From: an uncultured Gammaproteobacteria bacterium
Lineage (GTDB): Bacteria > Pseudomonadota > Gammaproteobacteria > UBA9214
DNA: 64,000 nt
Direction: 5' to 3'
NCBI GenBank assembly: GCA_963773065.1
Contig: CAVYZN010000032.1
Span: 224,001-288,000 of the forward strand
Part shown: piece by piece, positions 14,401 to 25,904 of the stretch
How the letters are laid out: the number at the start of each line of letters is the position of its first letter
How positions within the stretch are numbered: the stretch's first letter is position 1
The notes under the pieces: model-generated
Databases searched by the model: none
What the model was told of the DNA's origin: nothing
Seen by the model: the letters and a program-made list of their open reading frames with translations, nothing else
Made by a program: the position numbers and the translations under genes

Positions 14401-16553
14401 ATGCCTACCAATACCGGCAAGCGGATGGATTCGCTCGCGATAGCTGACAACCTGGACCGCCTGCCGGTCACGGTCCTCAAGGGAGTGGGGCCGCGGGTCG
14501 CCGGCCGCCTCGAGCGCCTCGGCCTGCGCACCATGCAGGACGTGCTGTTCCACCTGCCGCTGCGTTACGAGGACCGCACGCGCGTCGTACCCGATGGGCG
14601 CGCTGCGCCCCGGCGACCAGGCGGTGGTGCCAGGGCGAGGTCGAGCTGGCCGAGGTGCACTTCGGACGCCGGCGTTCCCTGCTGGTGCGCATCGGCGACG
14701 GCACCGGTTTCCTGACCCTGCGCTTTTTCCATTTCAACGCCGCGCAGCAGGCCGGTTTGCAGCCGCGGCGCCGGCATCCGCTGTTACGGCGAGGTGCGCG
14801 CCGGCCCGCTGACGGCGGAAATGATCCATCCGGAATACCGCCTGATCGATCCGTCCACGGCCCGTCCCCGTCGAGGAGCACCTGACGCCGGTTTACCCGG
14901 CCACGGAAGGGGTACACCAGCTCACCCTGCGCGCGCTGACCGCTCAGGCGCTGCGATTATCTGGACGGGCGGGGATGGAGCAGGCCGCCGTGCGGATCAC
15001 CGACTGGCTGCCGCGAGAAACTCCTCGCGCCCTGCCGGATGACCTCGCTGCAGGAGGCGCTACGCTACGTCCACCGCCCGCCCCCCGATGCCGCGCTGGC
15101 AACTGCTGGCCGAAGGCCGCCACCCCGCCCAGCAGCGGCTTGCCTTCGAGGAGCTGCTGGCGCATCACCTGAGCCTGCGCCGGTTACGGCTGCGCGGGCA
15201 ACAGACGGCGGCGCCGGTGCTCTCGGGCGGGGATGGCCTGGTGGCAGTGCCTTCGTGCGTTCGCTGCCGTTTGCGCTCACCGCGTGCGCAGCAACGGGTG
15301 AACCGCGAGATCCGCGCCGATCTGGCGAAGCCGCACCCGATGGCGCGTCTGGTGCAGGGGGATGTGGGTTCCGGCAAGACCGTGGTGGCGGCCTGTGCCG
15401 CGTTGACCGCGGTGCAGGCCGGATACCAGGCGGCCATGATGGCGCCGACCGAACTGCTGGCGGAGCAGCATTACCGCAGTTTCAGCGAGTGGCTGGCCCC
15501 ACTGGGGGTCAACGTCGTGTGGCATGCCGGGAAAAGCCGGGGCCGGGAGCGGTCGCTCGCCTTGCAGGCGATCCGGGACGGGCGCGGCGGCGGTGGCCGT
15601 CGGCACCCACGCTCTGTTCCAGCAGGAGGTCGAGTTCGCGCGCCTGGGACTGGTCATCATCGACGAACAGCACCGCTTCGGCGTGCATCAGCGCCTGGCG
15701 CTGCGCGACAAGGGACGCGCGGGGGAACAGCGTCCCCATCAACTGGTCATGACGGCCACGCCGATACCGCGCACCCTGGCCATGACCGTCTACGCCGACC
15801 TGGACACCTCGGTGATCGATGAACTGCCGCCTGGGCGCCTGCCGGTGCAGACGGTGGCCATCAGCCAGGAACGCCGCGAGGAGGTCATGCAGCGGGTGCG
15901 CGGCGCCTGCAACGCGGGGCGGCAGGCCTACTGGGTGTGCACCCTGATCGAGGAATCCGAGGCGCTGCAATGCCAGGCCGCGGAAAAGACCGCCGCGCTC
16001 CTGGCCACCAGTCCTGCCGGACGTGCGCATCGGTCTCGTGCACGGGCGTCTGAGGCCGGCGGAGAAGGAAGCCGTCATGGCCGCATTCAAGGCCGGAGCC
16101 AGCGACCTGCTGGTGGCGACGACCGTCATCGAGGTCGGGGTGGATGTCCCGAATGCCACCCTGATGATCATCGAAAATCCGGAACGCCTCGGCCTGGCGC
16201 AGTTGCACCAGCTGCGCGGGCGGGTGGGGCGCGGGCGGGAACAAAGCAGTTGCGTGCTGCTGTATCAACCGCCCCTGTCCGCCGCGGCGCGCGATCGCCT
16301 GGCGGCGCTGCGGGAAACGAATGACGGCTTCGAGATCGCGCGCCGCGACATGGTGCTGCGCGGCCCCGGCGAGGTGCTCGGCACGCGCCAGACCGGTGAG
16401 ATGAAATTTCATATCGCCGACCTGCTGCGCGACGAAACCCTGCTCTCCGCGGTCGAGCAGACGGCCGCGGAGTTGCTGGCCTGCTGCCCGGAAAACGTCA
16501 CGCCGCTGATCCGCCGCTGGCTGGGCGATGCGGTCCATTACGGCGAGGTGTAG
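14401..16553 (+). CDS. recG: ATP-dependent DNA helicase RecG (several frameshifts)
   Basis: LKGVGPR...HLPLRYEDRT, RLVQGDVGSGKT, IIDEQHRFGV, ERLGLAQLHQLRGRVGRG. Confidence 0.92.
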
Positions 16554-16624
16554 GCGTCTGTCTGACTACCGAACATTACACTGTTCATGACACCCGCGGT
16601 TGGGTTTGCAGCCATGCCAATATG

Positions 16625-16684
16625 GCCACGGAAGCACACGGAATGAACGCATTCAGAATCTTTTTTTCCGTGTGCTTCCGTGGC
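16625..16684. repeat. REP-like hairpin, family B (GCCACGGAAGCACACGGAA)
   Basis: Perfect 19-bp arms gccacggaagcacacggaa / ttccgtgtgcttccgtggc. Confidence 0.85.
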
Positions 16685-16803
16685 TATTCAGTCAGACTGC
16701 GAAAGCGCCACGACGGTCCACCGGCTCGGGCCGGGCGGCCGGCAACCCCGGGTGAAAACATGCGATAATTTCCGCCCGCATCAACCTTGAGCGACTGGCA
16801 AAC

Positions 16804-17400
16804 TTGAACAATCCCGATGTTTTGACACCCGCGGCAACCCGCTGGCAACCCCGCCGGTCGTTACCGGCGCAGCGAATGCCGGCCGAGCTGGCCGTCTGGC
16901 TGCTCGACTCCGGCGTCGCTGACGCGGCGGCTGCAGGGGCTGTGCGCGGGGCAATTCCAGGTCAGGGTCCTGTCGCAGGTCCGGGGCAGGCCGCGCCAGG
17001 ACGAGGCACGGGTGCTCGGTATGCGCCGCGGCGGCCTCGGCGATCATTCGGCAGGTGAGCTGCTGTGCGATGAGCAGCCGCGGGTCTATGCGCGTACCGT
17101 GATACCGGAGTCGTCCCTGAAGGGGCCGGTTGCGCCGGCTGGACCGTCTCGGCACTCCGGCCGCTCGGCGCCATGCTGTTTGCCGATCGCGGCATGCGCC
17201 GCGGCGTCGTCGAACTGGCGCGGATCCTGTCCCGGCCAGACGCTGTTTGCGGATGCCGTGCGCGGCCGGCAGCCGGCCCATGGCGAGATCTGGGGGCGGC
17301 GTTCGGTATTCCGGCTGGCCCACAAACCGCTGCTGGTGAGTGAAATCTTCCTGCCGGACTTCCCCGCCGCAGGCGGGTCCGCCAGCCCACCGCGGCTAAC
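16804..17400 (+). CDS. ubiC: chorismate pyruvate-lyase (frameshifted; end approximate)
   Basis: WLLDSG, PRVYARTVIP, WGRRSVFRLAHKPLLVSEIFLP; directly upstream of ubiA. Confidence 0.82.
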
Positions 17401-17487
17401 CGCCAGCTCGAGTACTGAAGGGGCTGATGAACAACGCTTCGTATCGCCTGCCGGTGGAAGGCGCGTTGTTGTAGTACACCGTTAGCC

Positions 17488-18373
17488 ATGATCGCATTGC
17501 TTGCCGGCCGCCTGCGGGATTATGCGCTGCTGATGCGGCTCAACCGGCCGATCGGCATTTTCCTGCTGCTCTGGCCCGCGCTCTGGGCTCTGCTGATCGC
17601 CGGTGCAGGACAACCGGCCCCGCGGATAGTGCTGGTTTTCATTGCGGGCGTCATCCTGATGCGCTCGGCGGGCTGCGTCATCAATGACTTCGCCGACCGG
17701 GAAATCGACCGGCACGTGTCGCGCACGCGCAACCGGCCCGTGACCGCGGGACGGGTCAGTCCCAGGGAGGCGAAACTGCTGTTCACCGCCTTGTGCCTGG
17801 CCGCATTCGCGCTCGTGCTGTTGCTCAATTCCCTGACCATCATGCTGTCTTTCGTGGCGGTGCTGCTGGCGGGCACCTATCCCTTCATGAAACGGGTGAC
17901 CCATCTGCCCCAGGTGTATCTCGGCGCCGCTTTCGGCTGGTCGGTACCCATGGCCTTCGCCGCGGTCACCAATACCGTCCCGACGCTCGCCTGGCTGATG
18001 TTCACCGCGACGGTGTTGTGGGCGACCGTTTACGACACCATGTACGCCATGGTGGACCGGGATGACGATATCGTGCTCGGCGTGAAGTCGACGGCGATCC
18101 TGTTCGGCGACGCCGATCGCCAGATCATCGGCGTACTGCAGGTCATGCTGCTGGTGTGCCTGGCCATGATCGGGCGCCAGGCCGGGCTGGGTTGGTTCTA
18201 CTACGGGAGCCTGGTCATGGCCGCCCTGCTCTCGCTCTACCAGCAGGGCTCTGATCCGCTACCGCGAACGCGAGAACTGCTTCCGGGCCTTTCTGAACAA
18301 CAACTGGTTCGGCGCGGTGATCTTCGTTGGCATGCTGCTGGACTATCTGTTCGCCACCCGGCCGGCTAGTTGA
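17488..18373 (+). CDS. ubiA: 4-hydroxybenzoate octaprenyltransferase (frameshift near 18250)
   Basis: [39 protein letters not shown]. Confidence 0.94.
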
Positions 18374-18528
18374 GGGAATCAAGGATTCCTGTAATTACAG
18401 CGACAACGGCGACGACGTATTTCTTCAGAGAGCATCCGATGCATAACGATTTTCTTCAGCCGCGCCCGCGTTGAAGTATGAAGAAGCCGCGCAGCGTCCC
18501 AGGCGTCGGCTGGAAGAAATGGTTATAC

Positions 18529-19116
18529 TCAGACTCGTTCAAGTAGTAGACACTCCCTCTCATTCTTTGAGCCAAGCCGATACTGACCGCTATTCGAATA
18601 GGTATCGAGCCACGTGCATTTTACTCGGAGATTTGGGCTGTGCAGACCATCCTCCTGTAGAAATTCATATTGATTGGTTCTGCTGGATTTGGACGTCCGG
18701 TGATATGGGTCGTAGCAGTTAACCCACCCATCCTTGACTTCTAAACCCAGGATGTAGTGCCAATACCCGCCTTGGTGTGTCACTCGAAGTAACGCAACCC
18801 CCTCATTGTTGAAGCAATGGGCGATCTTGTTTCCTCGACCAAAATGGACCGTAACACCAGAACAGAAGTCAGCACTCACCCGAAACTTCTTATGGCGATA
18901 TCCATTTAGCCAATTTCCAAGAAGCTGGACAGCTAGGCCTGACGTCCCATGCCCCATATTCTGATGCGATGAAAGGGAGTCGAGGCAATACAGATAGATT
19001 CGCTGGATGACCAACGGAGGAATTTCGCGGCGCTCGAAGAGGCGACTTACGGCATTCAAGAATGTCGTAGGTACACAATCGTATTCCGAGGTTTGCTGTC
19101 TAAACGGAGTCTTCAT
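18529..19116 (-). CDS. putative C39-like (papain-fold) cysteine peptidase; lower-GC accessory gene
   Basis: QQTSEYDCVPT, then WHYIL and CYDP, giving a plausible Cys-His-Asp triad; visibly lower GC than flanks. Confidence 0.55.
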   Translation of the reverse strand: MKTPFRQQTSEYDCVPTTFLNAVSRLFERREIPPLVIQRIYLYCLDSLSSHQNMGHGTSGLAVQLLGNWLNGYRHKKFRVSADFCSGVTVHFGRGNKIAHCFNNEGVALLRVTHQGGYWHYILGLEVKDGWVNCYDPYHRTSKSSRTNQYEFLQEDGLHSPNLRVKCTWLDTYSNSGQYRLGSKNERECLLLERV

Positions 19117-19397
19117 AGGGTATAACTACAATTGGGGAGTCTAAAAGCTCCGTTGTAAACGGCGAATATGGGCTCCATATCACTATCGTTCCAATAAAGA
19201 TCAAAAGCATGATCTCTGATATAGGAGCTTAATTGAAAAAACAAACGGAGCACAATGCAGGACAGATTGCCTTCAGATTGATGTTGCATATCCCCAGGAC
19301 TCCCGGTGTCGTTTCTTCTGGTCGATAGCTTCGCCTTGGCGTCTTCGCGGTGAGAAAACGGACAGATCCGCCGCGCACCCGGAAATTCACCGGCGTC

Positions 19398-20105
19398 TCA
19401 GTGCCCCGAACGGGCGATGACCCATACCTCCACATACCCGGCCCCGGCGCGGCCCAGCACGCGGGCGAGTTCATCCGCCGTGTGGCCGGTGGTCATGACG
19501 TCGTCGACGATGGCCACGTGCGCGGCAGGCAGATCGCCGGCCAGGGTGAAGGCGTTGCGCAGGTTGCGCCGGCGTTGCCGCAGCGGCGTCAGGGACTGCG
19601 GTTGGGTGTGTCTGTTGCGCCGGCAGAGGCGGTGATCGACCGGCACGGACAGCCGCCGGCCGAGGTGCCGCGCCAGTTCCATGGCCTGGTTGAAACCGCG
19701 CTCACGCAATCGCGTACGGTGCAGGGGAACCGGGATGATGAGACCGGGCAGCGGGGTTGCCCGGGCGGCGATCTTTTCGGCCAGCAGGTCGGCCAGCAAC
19801 GGCGCGACGGCCAGTTCGCCGGAGAACTTCAGCCGCTGGATCAGGTAATCGGCCGGCGGCAGGTAGTGCAGCAGGGCGGTGGCCGCGTCGAAGGCGGGCG
19901 GTCGCTTCAGGCAGGCGCCGCACAGCAGGGTATCGACCCCGGCCGGCAGGGGAAGGGCGCATTGCCGACAGCCGGTCTCGTGCCAGGGCAGGTCATCGAG
20001 GCAGGCCTGGCACAGGCCGGGATCGGCGGCGGGCGCCGTACCGCAGAGCCGGCAGCGGGACGGGAACAGCAGGGCTTGCAGCCACCCCGGCCAGTTGTAA
20101 ACCAT
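19398..20105 (-). CDS. comF: ComF/GntX-family phosphoribosyltransferase
   Basis: N-terminal CxxC clusters, RERGFNQA, IVDDVMTTGHT; divergent from bioB. Confidence 0.9.
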   Translation of the reverse strand: MVYNWPGWLQALLFPSRCRLCGTAPAADPGLCQACLDDLPWHETGCRQCALPLPAGVDTLLCGACLKRPPAFDAATALLHYLPPADYLIQRLKFSGELAVAPLLADLLAEKIAARATPLPGLIIPVPLHRTRLRERGFNQAMELARHLGRRLSVPVDHRLCRRNRHTQPQSLTPLRQRRRNLRNAFTLAGDLPAAHVAIVDDVMTTGHTADELARVLGRAGAGYVEVWVIARSGH

Positions 20106-20126
20106 TGGATTCCATTCCGGTTGACA
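20096..20126. promoter_or_regulatory. BirA (biotin repressor) operator
   Basis: tgtaaacc-N15-ggttgaca matches TGTAAACC-N14-16-GGTTTACA; upstream of bioB and overlapping the comF start codon. Confidence 0.85.
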
Positions 20127-20185
20127 GATGGAATTGACGGCCCCATAGTCCCTGAGCCCTGTTTCCATCATCCAGTAACAATCTT

Positions 20186-21166
20186 ATGAACAAGCCAACG
20201 CTGCGTCTGTCGGAAAATCCTGATCCCGGCGTGCGCCACGACTGGTCCCGTGCCGAGGTCCGGTCACTTTTCGAACTGCCCTTCAATGAGTTGCTGTACC
20301 AGGCCCAGACGATCCACCGGCGGCATTTCGATCCCAATGCCGTACAGATCAGCACGCTGCTCAGCATCAAGACCGGCGGCTGTCCGGAAGACTGCGGCTA
20401 CTGTCCGCAAAGCGTGCACCACGACACCGGGCTCGAACCCGAACCCCTGCTGGATGTCGAGGCGGTGGTGACGGCGGCGCGGCGCGCCCGGGACAGCGGC
20501 GCCACGCGCTTCTGCATGGGGGCGGCCTGGCGCAATCCGCGCGGCCGCAATTTCGAGCGGGTGCTGGAGATGGTGCGCCGGGTGCGCGCCGAAGGGCTGG
20601 AGACCTGCGTGACGCTGGGCATGCTGGATGCGGAACAGGCGCGGGCGCTCAAGCAGGCCGGCCTGGACTACTACAACCATAATCTGGACACCTCGCCGGA
20701 GTTCTATGGCGAAATCATCACCACGCGCCGCTATCAGGACCGGCTGGATACCCTCGAGCATGTCCGTACCGCCGGTATCAACGTCTGCTGCGGGGGCATC
20801 CTCGGGCTGGGTGAAAGCCGCGCCGATCGCGTGTCGCTGTTGTGCGAACTGGCGAACCTGCCGGAACATCCCGGCAGCGTGCCGCTCAACCAGTTGGTGA
20901 AGGTCGCCGGTACGCCGCTGGAAAACGAGCCCGGCATCGAACCGCTGGAATTCGTGCGCACCATCGCCGTGGCGCGCCTGCTGATGCCGCGCTCCCGGAT
21001 ACGGCTGTCCGCCGGGCGCACCGGCATGACGGATGAGCTGCAGGCGCTGTGTTTCCTGGCCGGCGCCAATTCGATTTTCTACGGCGAGAAACTGCTGACC
21101 ACCGGCAACCCGGACACGGCCCGCGATGACGCGCTGTTCGAGAAGCTCGGCCTGCACCCGGCCTGA
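20186..21166 (+). CDS. bioB: biotin synthase
   Basis: Radical SAM motif [31 protein letters not shown]. Confidence 0.97.
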   Translation: MNKPTLRLSENPDPGVRHDWSRAEVRSLFELPFNELLYQAQTIHRRHFDPNAVQISTLLSIKTGGCPEDCGYCPQSVHHDTGLEPEPLLDVEAVVTAARRARDSGATRFCMGAAWRNPRGRNFERVLEMVRRVRAEGLETCVTLGMLDAEQARALKQAGLDYYNHNLDTSPEFYGEIITTRRYQDRLDTLEHVRTAGINVCCGGILGLGESRADRVSLLCELANLPEHPGSVPLNQLVKVAGTPLENEPGIEPLEFVRTIAVARLLMPRSRIRLSAGRTGMTDELQALCFLAGANSIFYGEKLLTTGNPDTARDDALFEKLGLHPA

Positions 21167-21243
21167 AACGGGCGGGAACCCGAATGACACTTTACTTGGG
21201 CGGTTCCACATTAAAAAACGCGTTGTGTTGCTGCGCAACGCTT

Positions 21244-21425
21244 GGTGGGTTACGCAAAAAACGCTAACCCACCCTACATTTCTGTTGATGATGATACACC
21301 GCGTTTGCGGCCAAGCCCGCTCCTACAGGAATGGCACTTAACTTAAGCCCTAATCCCGGTAACTAGCCACGGAAGCACACGGAAGGCATAGCCGTGTTGG
21401 CGATTATTCCGTGTTCTTCCGTGGC
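21244..21425. repeat. cluster of REP-like palindromes (two GTAG-type plus one family B hairpin)
   Basis: Minus strand reads gtagggtgggttagcg...cgtaacccacc and gtaggagcgggcttggccgcaaac; gccacggaagcacacggaa...ttccgtgttcttccgtggc at 21366-21425. Confidence 0.75.
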
Positions 21426-21439
21426 CAACTCGCCTTTCG

Positions 21440-22618
21440 ATGAAAGACCTCTCGGTAAATCTCCAGGCGCGCAGGGCGGACAACCTCTATCGCAGCCGGC
21501 AGGTACTCGACGGGCCGCAGGGCGTGGAGGTCTGCATCGAGGGCAGGTCGTACCTGTCGTTCTGCAGCAATGATTACCTCGGGCTGGCGAACCATCCCGA
21601 GGTGGTGGCGGCGTTTCACCGCGGGCTGGATGAATACGGCGCCGGCAGCGGGGCGGCCCACCTGATCAGCGGACACAGCCGCGCCCATCACGCGCTGGAA
21701 GAGGAACTGGCGGATTTCGTCGCTCGCCCGCGGGCGTTGCTGTTTTCCACCGGCTATATGGCCAACCTCGGCGTGGTGTCGGCGCTGGTCGGGCACGGCG
21801 ACCGGGTGTACGAGGACCATGCCAATCATGCCTCCCTGCTGGATGGCGCGCGCCTGAGCGGCGCCCGGCTGATCCGCTACCGGCACGGCGATTGCGAGGA
21901 CCTGGAGCGGCGCCTGGCGGGTGCGCCGGCGGGCGAGCAATTGGTGGCGACCGACGGCGTGTTCAGCATGGACGGCGATCTGGCGCCGCTTGAGCCGCTG
22001 GCGCGGACCGCGGCGCGCCACGCGGCCTGGTTGCTGGTGGATGATGCGCACGGCCTCGGCGTGATCGGTCCCGGGGGCAGGGGGACGCTGGCGCATTGCG
22101 GCCTGGATCATGCGCAGGCGCCGATCCTCGTCGGCACCCTGGGCAAGGCCTTCGGGACTTTCGGCGCCTTCGTCGCCGGCGGCGAGGCGCTGATCGAAAC
22201 GCTGATCCAGGAGGCGCGGACCTATATCTACACCACGGCCCCCCCGCCGGCCGTGGCCGCCGCCACGCGCGCCGCCCTGCGGCTGGTCCGGGAGGAAGAC
22301 TGGCGCCGCGATCACCTGCAGGCGCTGGTGCAACGCTTCCGGCGCGGTGCGGCGCAGCTCGGACTGGTGCTCACCGGGTCGTCCACGCCGATCCAGCCGT
22401 TGATCGTCGGGGAGGCCGCCGCGGCGCTGCGCTTGAGCGCGGCCCTGCGCGAGCGCGGGGTACTGATCAGCGCAATCCGCCCGCCCACGGTCCCGCCGGG
22501 ATCGGCGCGCCTGCGCATCACCTTCTCGGCGGCGCACAGCACGGCGCAGGTGGATTACCTGCTGGGTGCGCTCGAGAAACTGCTTCCGCTGCAAACGACA
22601 GAGATTTTGCAGGATTGA
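21440..22618 (+). CDS. bioF: 8-amino-7-oxononanoate synthase
   Basis: [40 protein letters not shown]...RLRIT. Confidence 0.97.
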   Translation: MKDLSVNLQARRADNLYRSRQVLDGPQGVEVCIEGRSYLSFCSNDYLGLANHPEVVAAFHRGLDEYGAGSGAAHLISGHSRAHHALEEELADFVARPRALLFSTGYMANLGVVSALVGHGDRVYEDHANHASLLDGARLSGARLIRYRHGDCEDLERRLAGAPAGEQLVATDGVFSMDGDLAPLEPLARTAARHAAWLLVDDAHGLGVIGPGGRGTLAHCGLDHAQAPILVGTLGKAFGTFGAFVAGGEALIETLIQEARTYIYTTAPPPAVAAATRAALRLVREEDWRRDHLQALVQRFRRGAAQLGLVLTGSSTPIQPLIVGEAAAALRLSAALRERGVLISAIRPPTVPPGSARLRITFSAAHSTAQVDYLLGALEKLLPLQTTEILQD

Positions 22619-22629
22619 TTTGGAAATGC
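22357..22629 (+). repeat. direct repeat copy 1 (bioF 3' end plus 11 bp downstream)
   Basis: 273 bp, colinear with 25568-25840; about 14 mismatches by manual count. Confidence 0.95.
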
Positions 22630-22650
22630 CTTGCAGAAAAAAATTATTCA

Positions 22651-22678
22651 CCGCAAAGACGCAAAGGACGCAGAGAAA
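22651..22678 (+). repeat. left 28-bp inverted repeat of the C-depleted cassette (family A)
   Basis: ccgcaaagacgcaaaggacgcagagaaa; 27/28 match to the reverse complement of 25541-25568. Confidence 0.93.
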
Positions 22679-22683
22679 GACAT

Positions 22684-22705
22684 TATAAGGATTATAATCC
22701 TTATA
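22684..22705. other. perfect 22-bp palindrome at the left edge of the C-depleted block
   Basis: tataaggattataatccttata is its own reverse complement. Confidence 0.85.
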
Positions 22706-24200
22706 TTGAAGTATAGATATGTAGTTTTGTTGATGTTGAGGGTATTAGGTTACGCGAATATTTAAAAAATGTAGAAAAAGTTTGATATGAAATTGATTTG
22801 GAGGTGTGTGTTGTTGTTGGTGTTGTTTTTAGAGAGAGTAAGTGGTGACTGAAGGGTTTGTTAGGATATTTTATGTTGTTGTGTTTAAGTTTGTTTGTTG
22901 TTTGGAATGGATTTTTTTTTGTTGGTTGTTTTATTACGCTATGTAGGATGTTTGTTGAATTTTTGATGGTTGTATGTTTAATTTGGAAGGTTGGGTTATT
23001 AGTGTTATGGGGTTATTAGTTGTGAGGTGTATTGGATATTTATTATAAGTTGATAGAGTGAGAGTAGGTATGGTGTTGATTTGTTTGTGTGTTTGTTGTA
23101 ATTGGTGTAAGTGGTGTTTTTGAATGAATTGGTGAATTGATTATAGATGATATGTTGGTTTTGTGTTGTGTGAAGTAGGATTTGGTTTAGTATAAATATG
23201 ATATAGTTATAAGGTTAATAGGTTTATTTTTTTGTATAGTTAGTGTTGGGTTATGTTGGTATTGGTGTGTGTGTTAGGTTGGGTTTGGTGTTGATGATAT
23301 TGATTTGTTTTTGGTTGATAGAAGAATTGGGTTTATGTGGTAAGTTTTGGGTGGTGAGGTAATTGATAGATTTGATTAGGGGGTATGTTAAGGAGGTGTG
23401 TTTGTTGATAGATGTATGTTTTATGTGTTAGAGTTTGATTTTGTTTTTGTTAGAATAGTAGGTGTGTATTATAGGGTAGGTGTGTTGGGATATGGTGTTG
23501 TTTTTGTTGTTGGATCGAGAAATTAGGTGTTGAAACGTAAATAAGAGTAGTGGATAGATGTGTTTATGTTGGATATGTTGTTTGTGTAGGAGATAGTTTT
23601 GATGTTGTATGGTAAGATGTAGTGGGTGAGGTTGTGTTTGTTTATGTTGTGTTGTGATTTTTGAAGGGGGTGTTGGTGTGAGTGTTGTGTTGTGAGATGT
23701 GTTAGGATGATAATATTTGGTGTGTTTGTGATTGATTTTGGTGATTGAGATAGTATTGTTGGTTTTAGTTGTGGTGGATATTATGTTGAGTGTTGGGGTA
23801 TTGAGTTGTTGTTTTATATTTGAAGTGATGGTGGGGATTGATGAATTGTGTTAGTTATAGAAGGTGTATTGGAATTGTGGATGAGGTTAGTTAATGGTGT
23901 ATGTTTTGGTGTAATTGTTGTTTTGAAGTTGTGGGAATTTTTTGTTGATGGATTGTATTTGGTGTAGAGAGTGTTGATTATGGTTGGATTTTTTGGTTAG
24001 TGATGTGTATTAATTTATGGATTTGTGTGTGTGATGTTTGTAATTTGAAGTGGGGAATTTTGTGATGTTTTTTTTGTTAGGATAAGTGTTTGTAGTGTTG
24101 AAGTATGTGGTATGTGTTTGTGGTTTTGAATGTGTTTTTTATGTTTGTGTGTTGTTAGTATGGATAATTTAGGGTGGTAGGTAATGTTGTGTGTTAAATT
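22706..24200 (-). pseudogene. hypermutated unidentified cargo gene(s); strand and limits tentative
   Basis: Complex non-repetitive three-letter sequence; one minus-strand frame shows frequent NNC codons and TAA/TAG where TGG is plausible; no family recognised. Confidence 0.4.
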
Positions 24201-24201
24201 T

Positions 24202-24245
<44 letters not shown>

Positions 24246-24249
24246 TTTT

Positions 24250-25537
24250 GGTTTTTTTGTTTTTTGAGTGTGTTATTGTGTTATTGTGTGTTGAGTTTGT
24301 AGAAGTTGAGTTTGTTGTTGATTAGGTTTATTATTTATGTATGTGTTGTATTGATGTATTGTGTGTTTTGTGTTTGGTGTATTGGTATATTTTGTTTATT
24401 GTTTTTAGGATTTTATTGGTTTGATGTGTTGTGTTTAAGTTATGATGTTTTAGATATGTTTGTGTATTAGTTTGGTATTTTTTTTATGTGTTTGATTTTG
24501 TAGTGTTGATATTGTATATTATTGTTAGAGTATGTTGTTGATTATGTTTATTGTTTGTGATAGAGTATTGTGTATTGTTTATGTTATATTTGTTTGGTGT
24601 TTTGTTTTGTGTTGAGTTTGTTGAGTATGTTGTTGATTTTTGTGTGGTGTTGTGTTGAGAGTTTTGTATTGTGTATTATTTTTTAGTGTATTTTTTGAGG
24701 TTGGTGTGTTTTTTTGTTAGATGTGTGTGTTTGTTTAGGTTTTTGTAGTTGTGTGTGATTATATGTTTTTTGTTGAAGTTGATTTGGTTAGGAAGATTTT
24801 GTTGTATTTTTTGATGAAGGTTGTTGATATGTTGATGTTTATTGAGTTGATGGTATTTATGTTGGTATTATGTGTTTGTAGATTTTTGTTGAGTTGTTGT
24901 ATGTTTGGTTTTATGTTTTTTGTTGATGTATAGTATGTGTGTTGTTTGTTGTTGTTGTTTAGGTTGATATATTTGTGGTTGTGTGTTTGTGAGTTTTTGT
25001 TGATGTTTAGGTGTGTGATTTTGTAGAAGTTGTTTTTGTTTAGTGTGAGATTGATATATCGTTGTAATTGTTGTTATTTGATGTTAGTTTTCGTTGTTGA
25101 GATGTGTTATTGTTGTTAATGGTATTTCGTGTGTTTATATTAGTATTAGTGTTTTATAGAGTAGTGTGTAGTTTGAGAGTTTTTTGTTTTAGTTTGTTTT
25201 GATTTGGTGTATTGCGTTATTAGGTATTTTTATGTGTGTTATGTGTATTTTTAGGTAGTATTTGTGTTGGTAGATATTGAGTTGTTGATAACGTTTGTTT
25301 ATTGTATCGTGTATTGGATGGATGTTAGTCTCATTAGTTACATCGAATTGGTTGTTAGTAGTGAAGTTGATGTTTATGTTTAGAGTTTTTGTTGTCGCGT
25401 CTAAGTCAACGTATGTTACATGTTACGTCTCGGTAATGCTTAGGGTTGTTTCAAAAAGTTTCTCGTTCATCGTGATCTTATCGATTATCAGTAGGTGCGT
25501 TTAGAATACGTCTAGCCACTCAGATTTCAAAAGAGTC
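24250..25537 (-). mobile_element. ISL3-family insertion sequence, hypermutated (about 1288 bp)
   Basis: Minus-strand end gactcttttgaaatctgagtgg (GGCTCT-type) and converted partner ggtttttttgttttttgagtg at 24250; flanks taatttct (25538-25545) and ttattttt (24242-24249) fit an 8-bp TSD. Confidence 0.85.
24280..25470 (-). pseudogene. ISL3-family transposase, destroyed by G->A change on the coding strand
   Basis: Allowing A=A/G, the minus strand reads MNEKLFEAAL, GSRF, HPVHDT, LEVRV.RVK.PDG, ESWHRV, RYVDLAL, IDE.SR.RGH.Y, SIDMS.AFIK, FDK.HVI, AKRKARG, GKLDF, matching ISL3 transposases recalled from memory. Confidence 0.85.
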
Positions 25538-25540
25538 TAA

Positions 25541-25568
25541 TTTCTCTGCGTTCTTTGCGTCTTTGCGG
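25541..25568 (-). repeat. right 28-bp inverted repeat of the cassette (family A)
   Basis: tttctctgcgttctttgcgtctttgcgg; abuts the second bioF-tail copy directly. Confidence 0.93.
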
Positions 25569-25840
25569 CTCGGACTGGGGCTCGCCGGGTCGCCCACGCC
25601 GATCCAGCCGCTGATCGTCGGTGAGGCCGCCGCGGCCCTGCGCTTGAGCGCGGCCCTGCGCGAGCGCGGGATCCTGATTAGCGCAATCCGCCCGCCCACG
25701 GTCGCGCCGGGATCGGCGCGCCTGCGCATCACCTTCTCGGCGGCGCACAGCACGGCGCAGGTGGATTACCTGCTGGGTGCGCTTGAGAAACTGCTTCCGC
25801 GGCAAACGACGGAGTTTTTGCAGGATTGATTTGGAAATGC
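25568..25840 (+). pseudogene. bioF: direct repeat copy 2: orphan 3' fragment of bioF
   Basis: [30 protein letters not shown]...TTEFLQD*, about 95% nucleotide identity to 22357-22629; no 5' part. Confidence 0.93.
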
Positions 25841-25904
25841 AGTCGTGCGTCTCTGCAGTGAACTGGCTCTTGAATCGATTTAGACGTCCTTGTTCGATTG
25901 ATCG

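Noticed and set aside
14175-21425. CRISPR array or integron attC sites from the repeated hairpins
   Set aside because: No regularly spaced repeat-spacer units, no cas or intI genes, and no clear attC core sites.
24751-25504. Short hydrophobic + strand ORFs 24751..24933 and 25295..25504
   Set aside because: By-products of G/T-only composition; the real coding history is the minus-strand ISL3 transposase.
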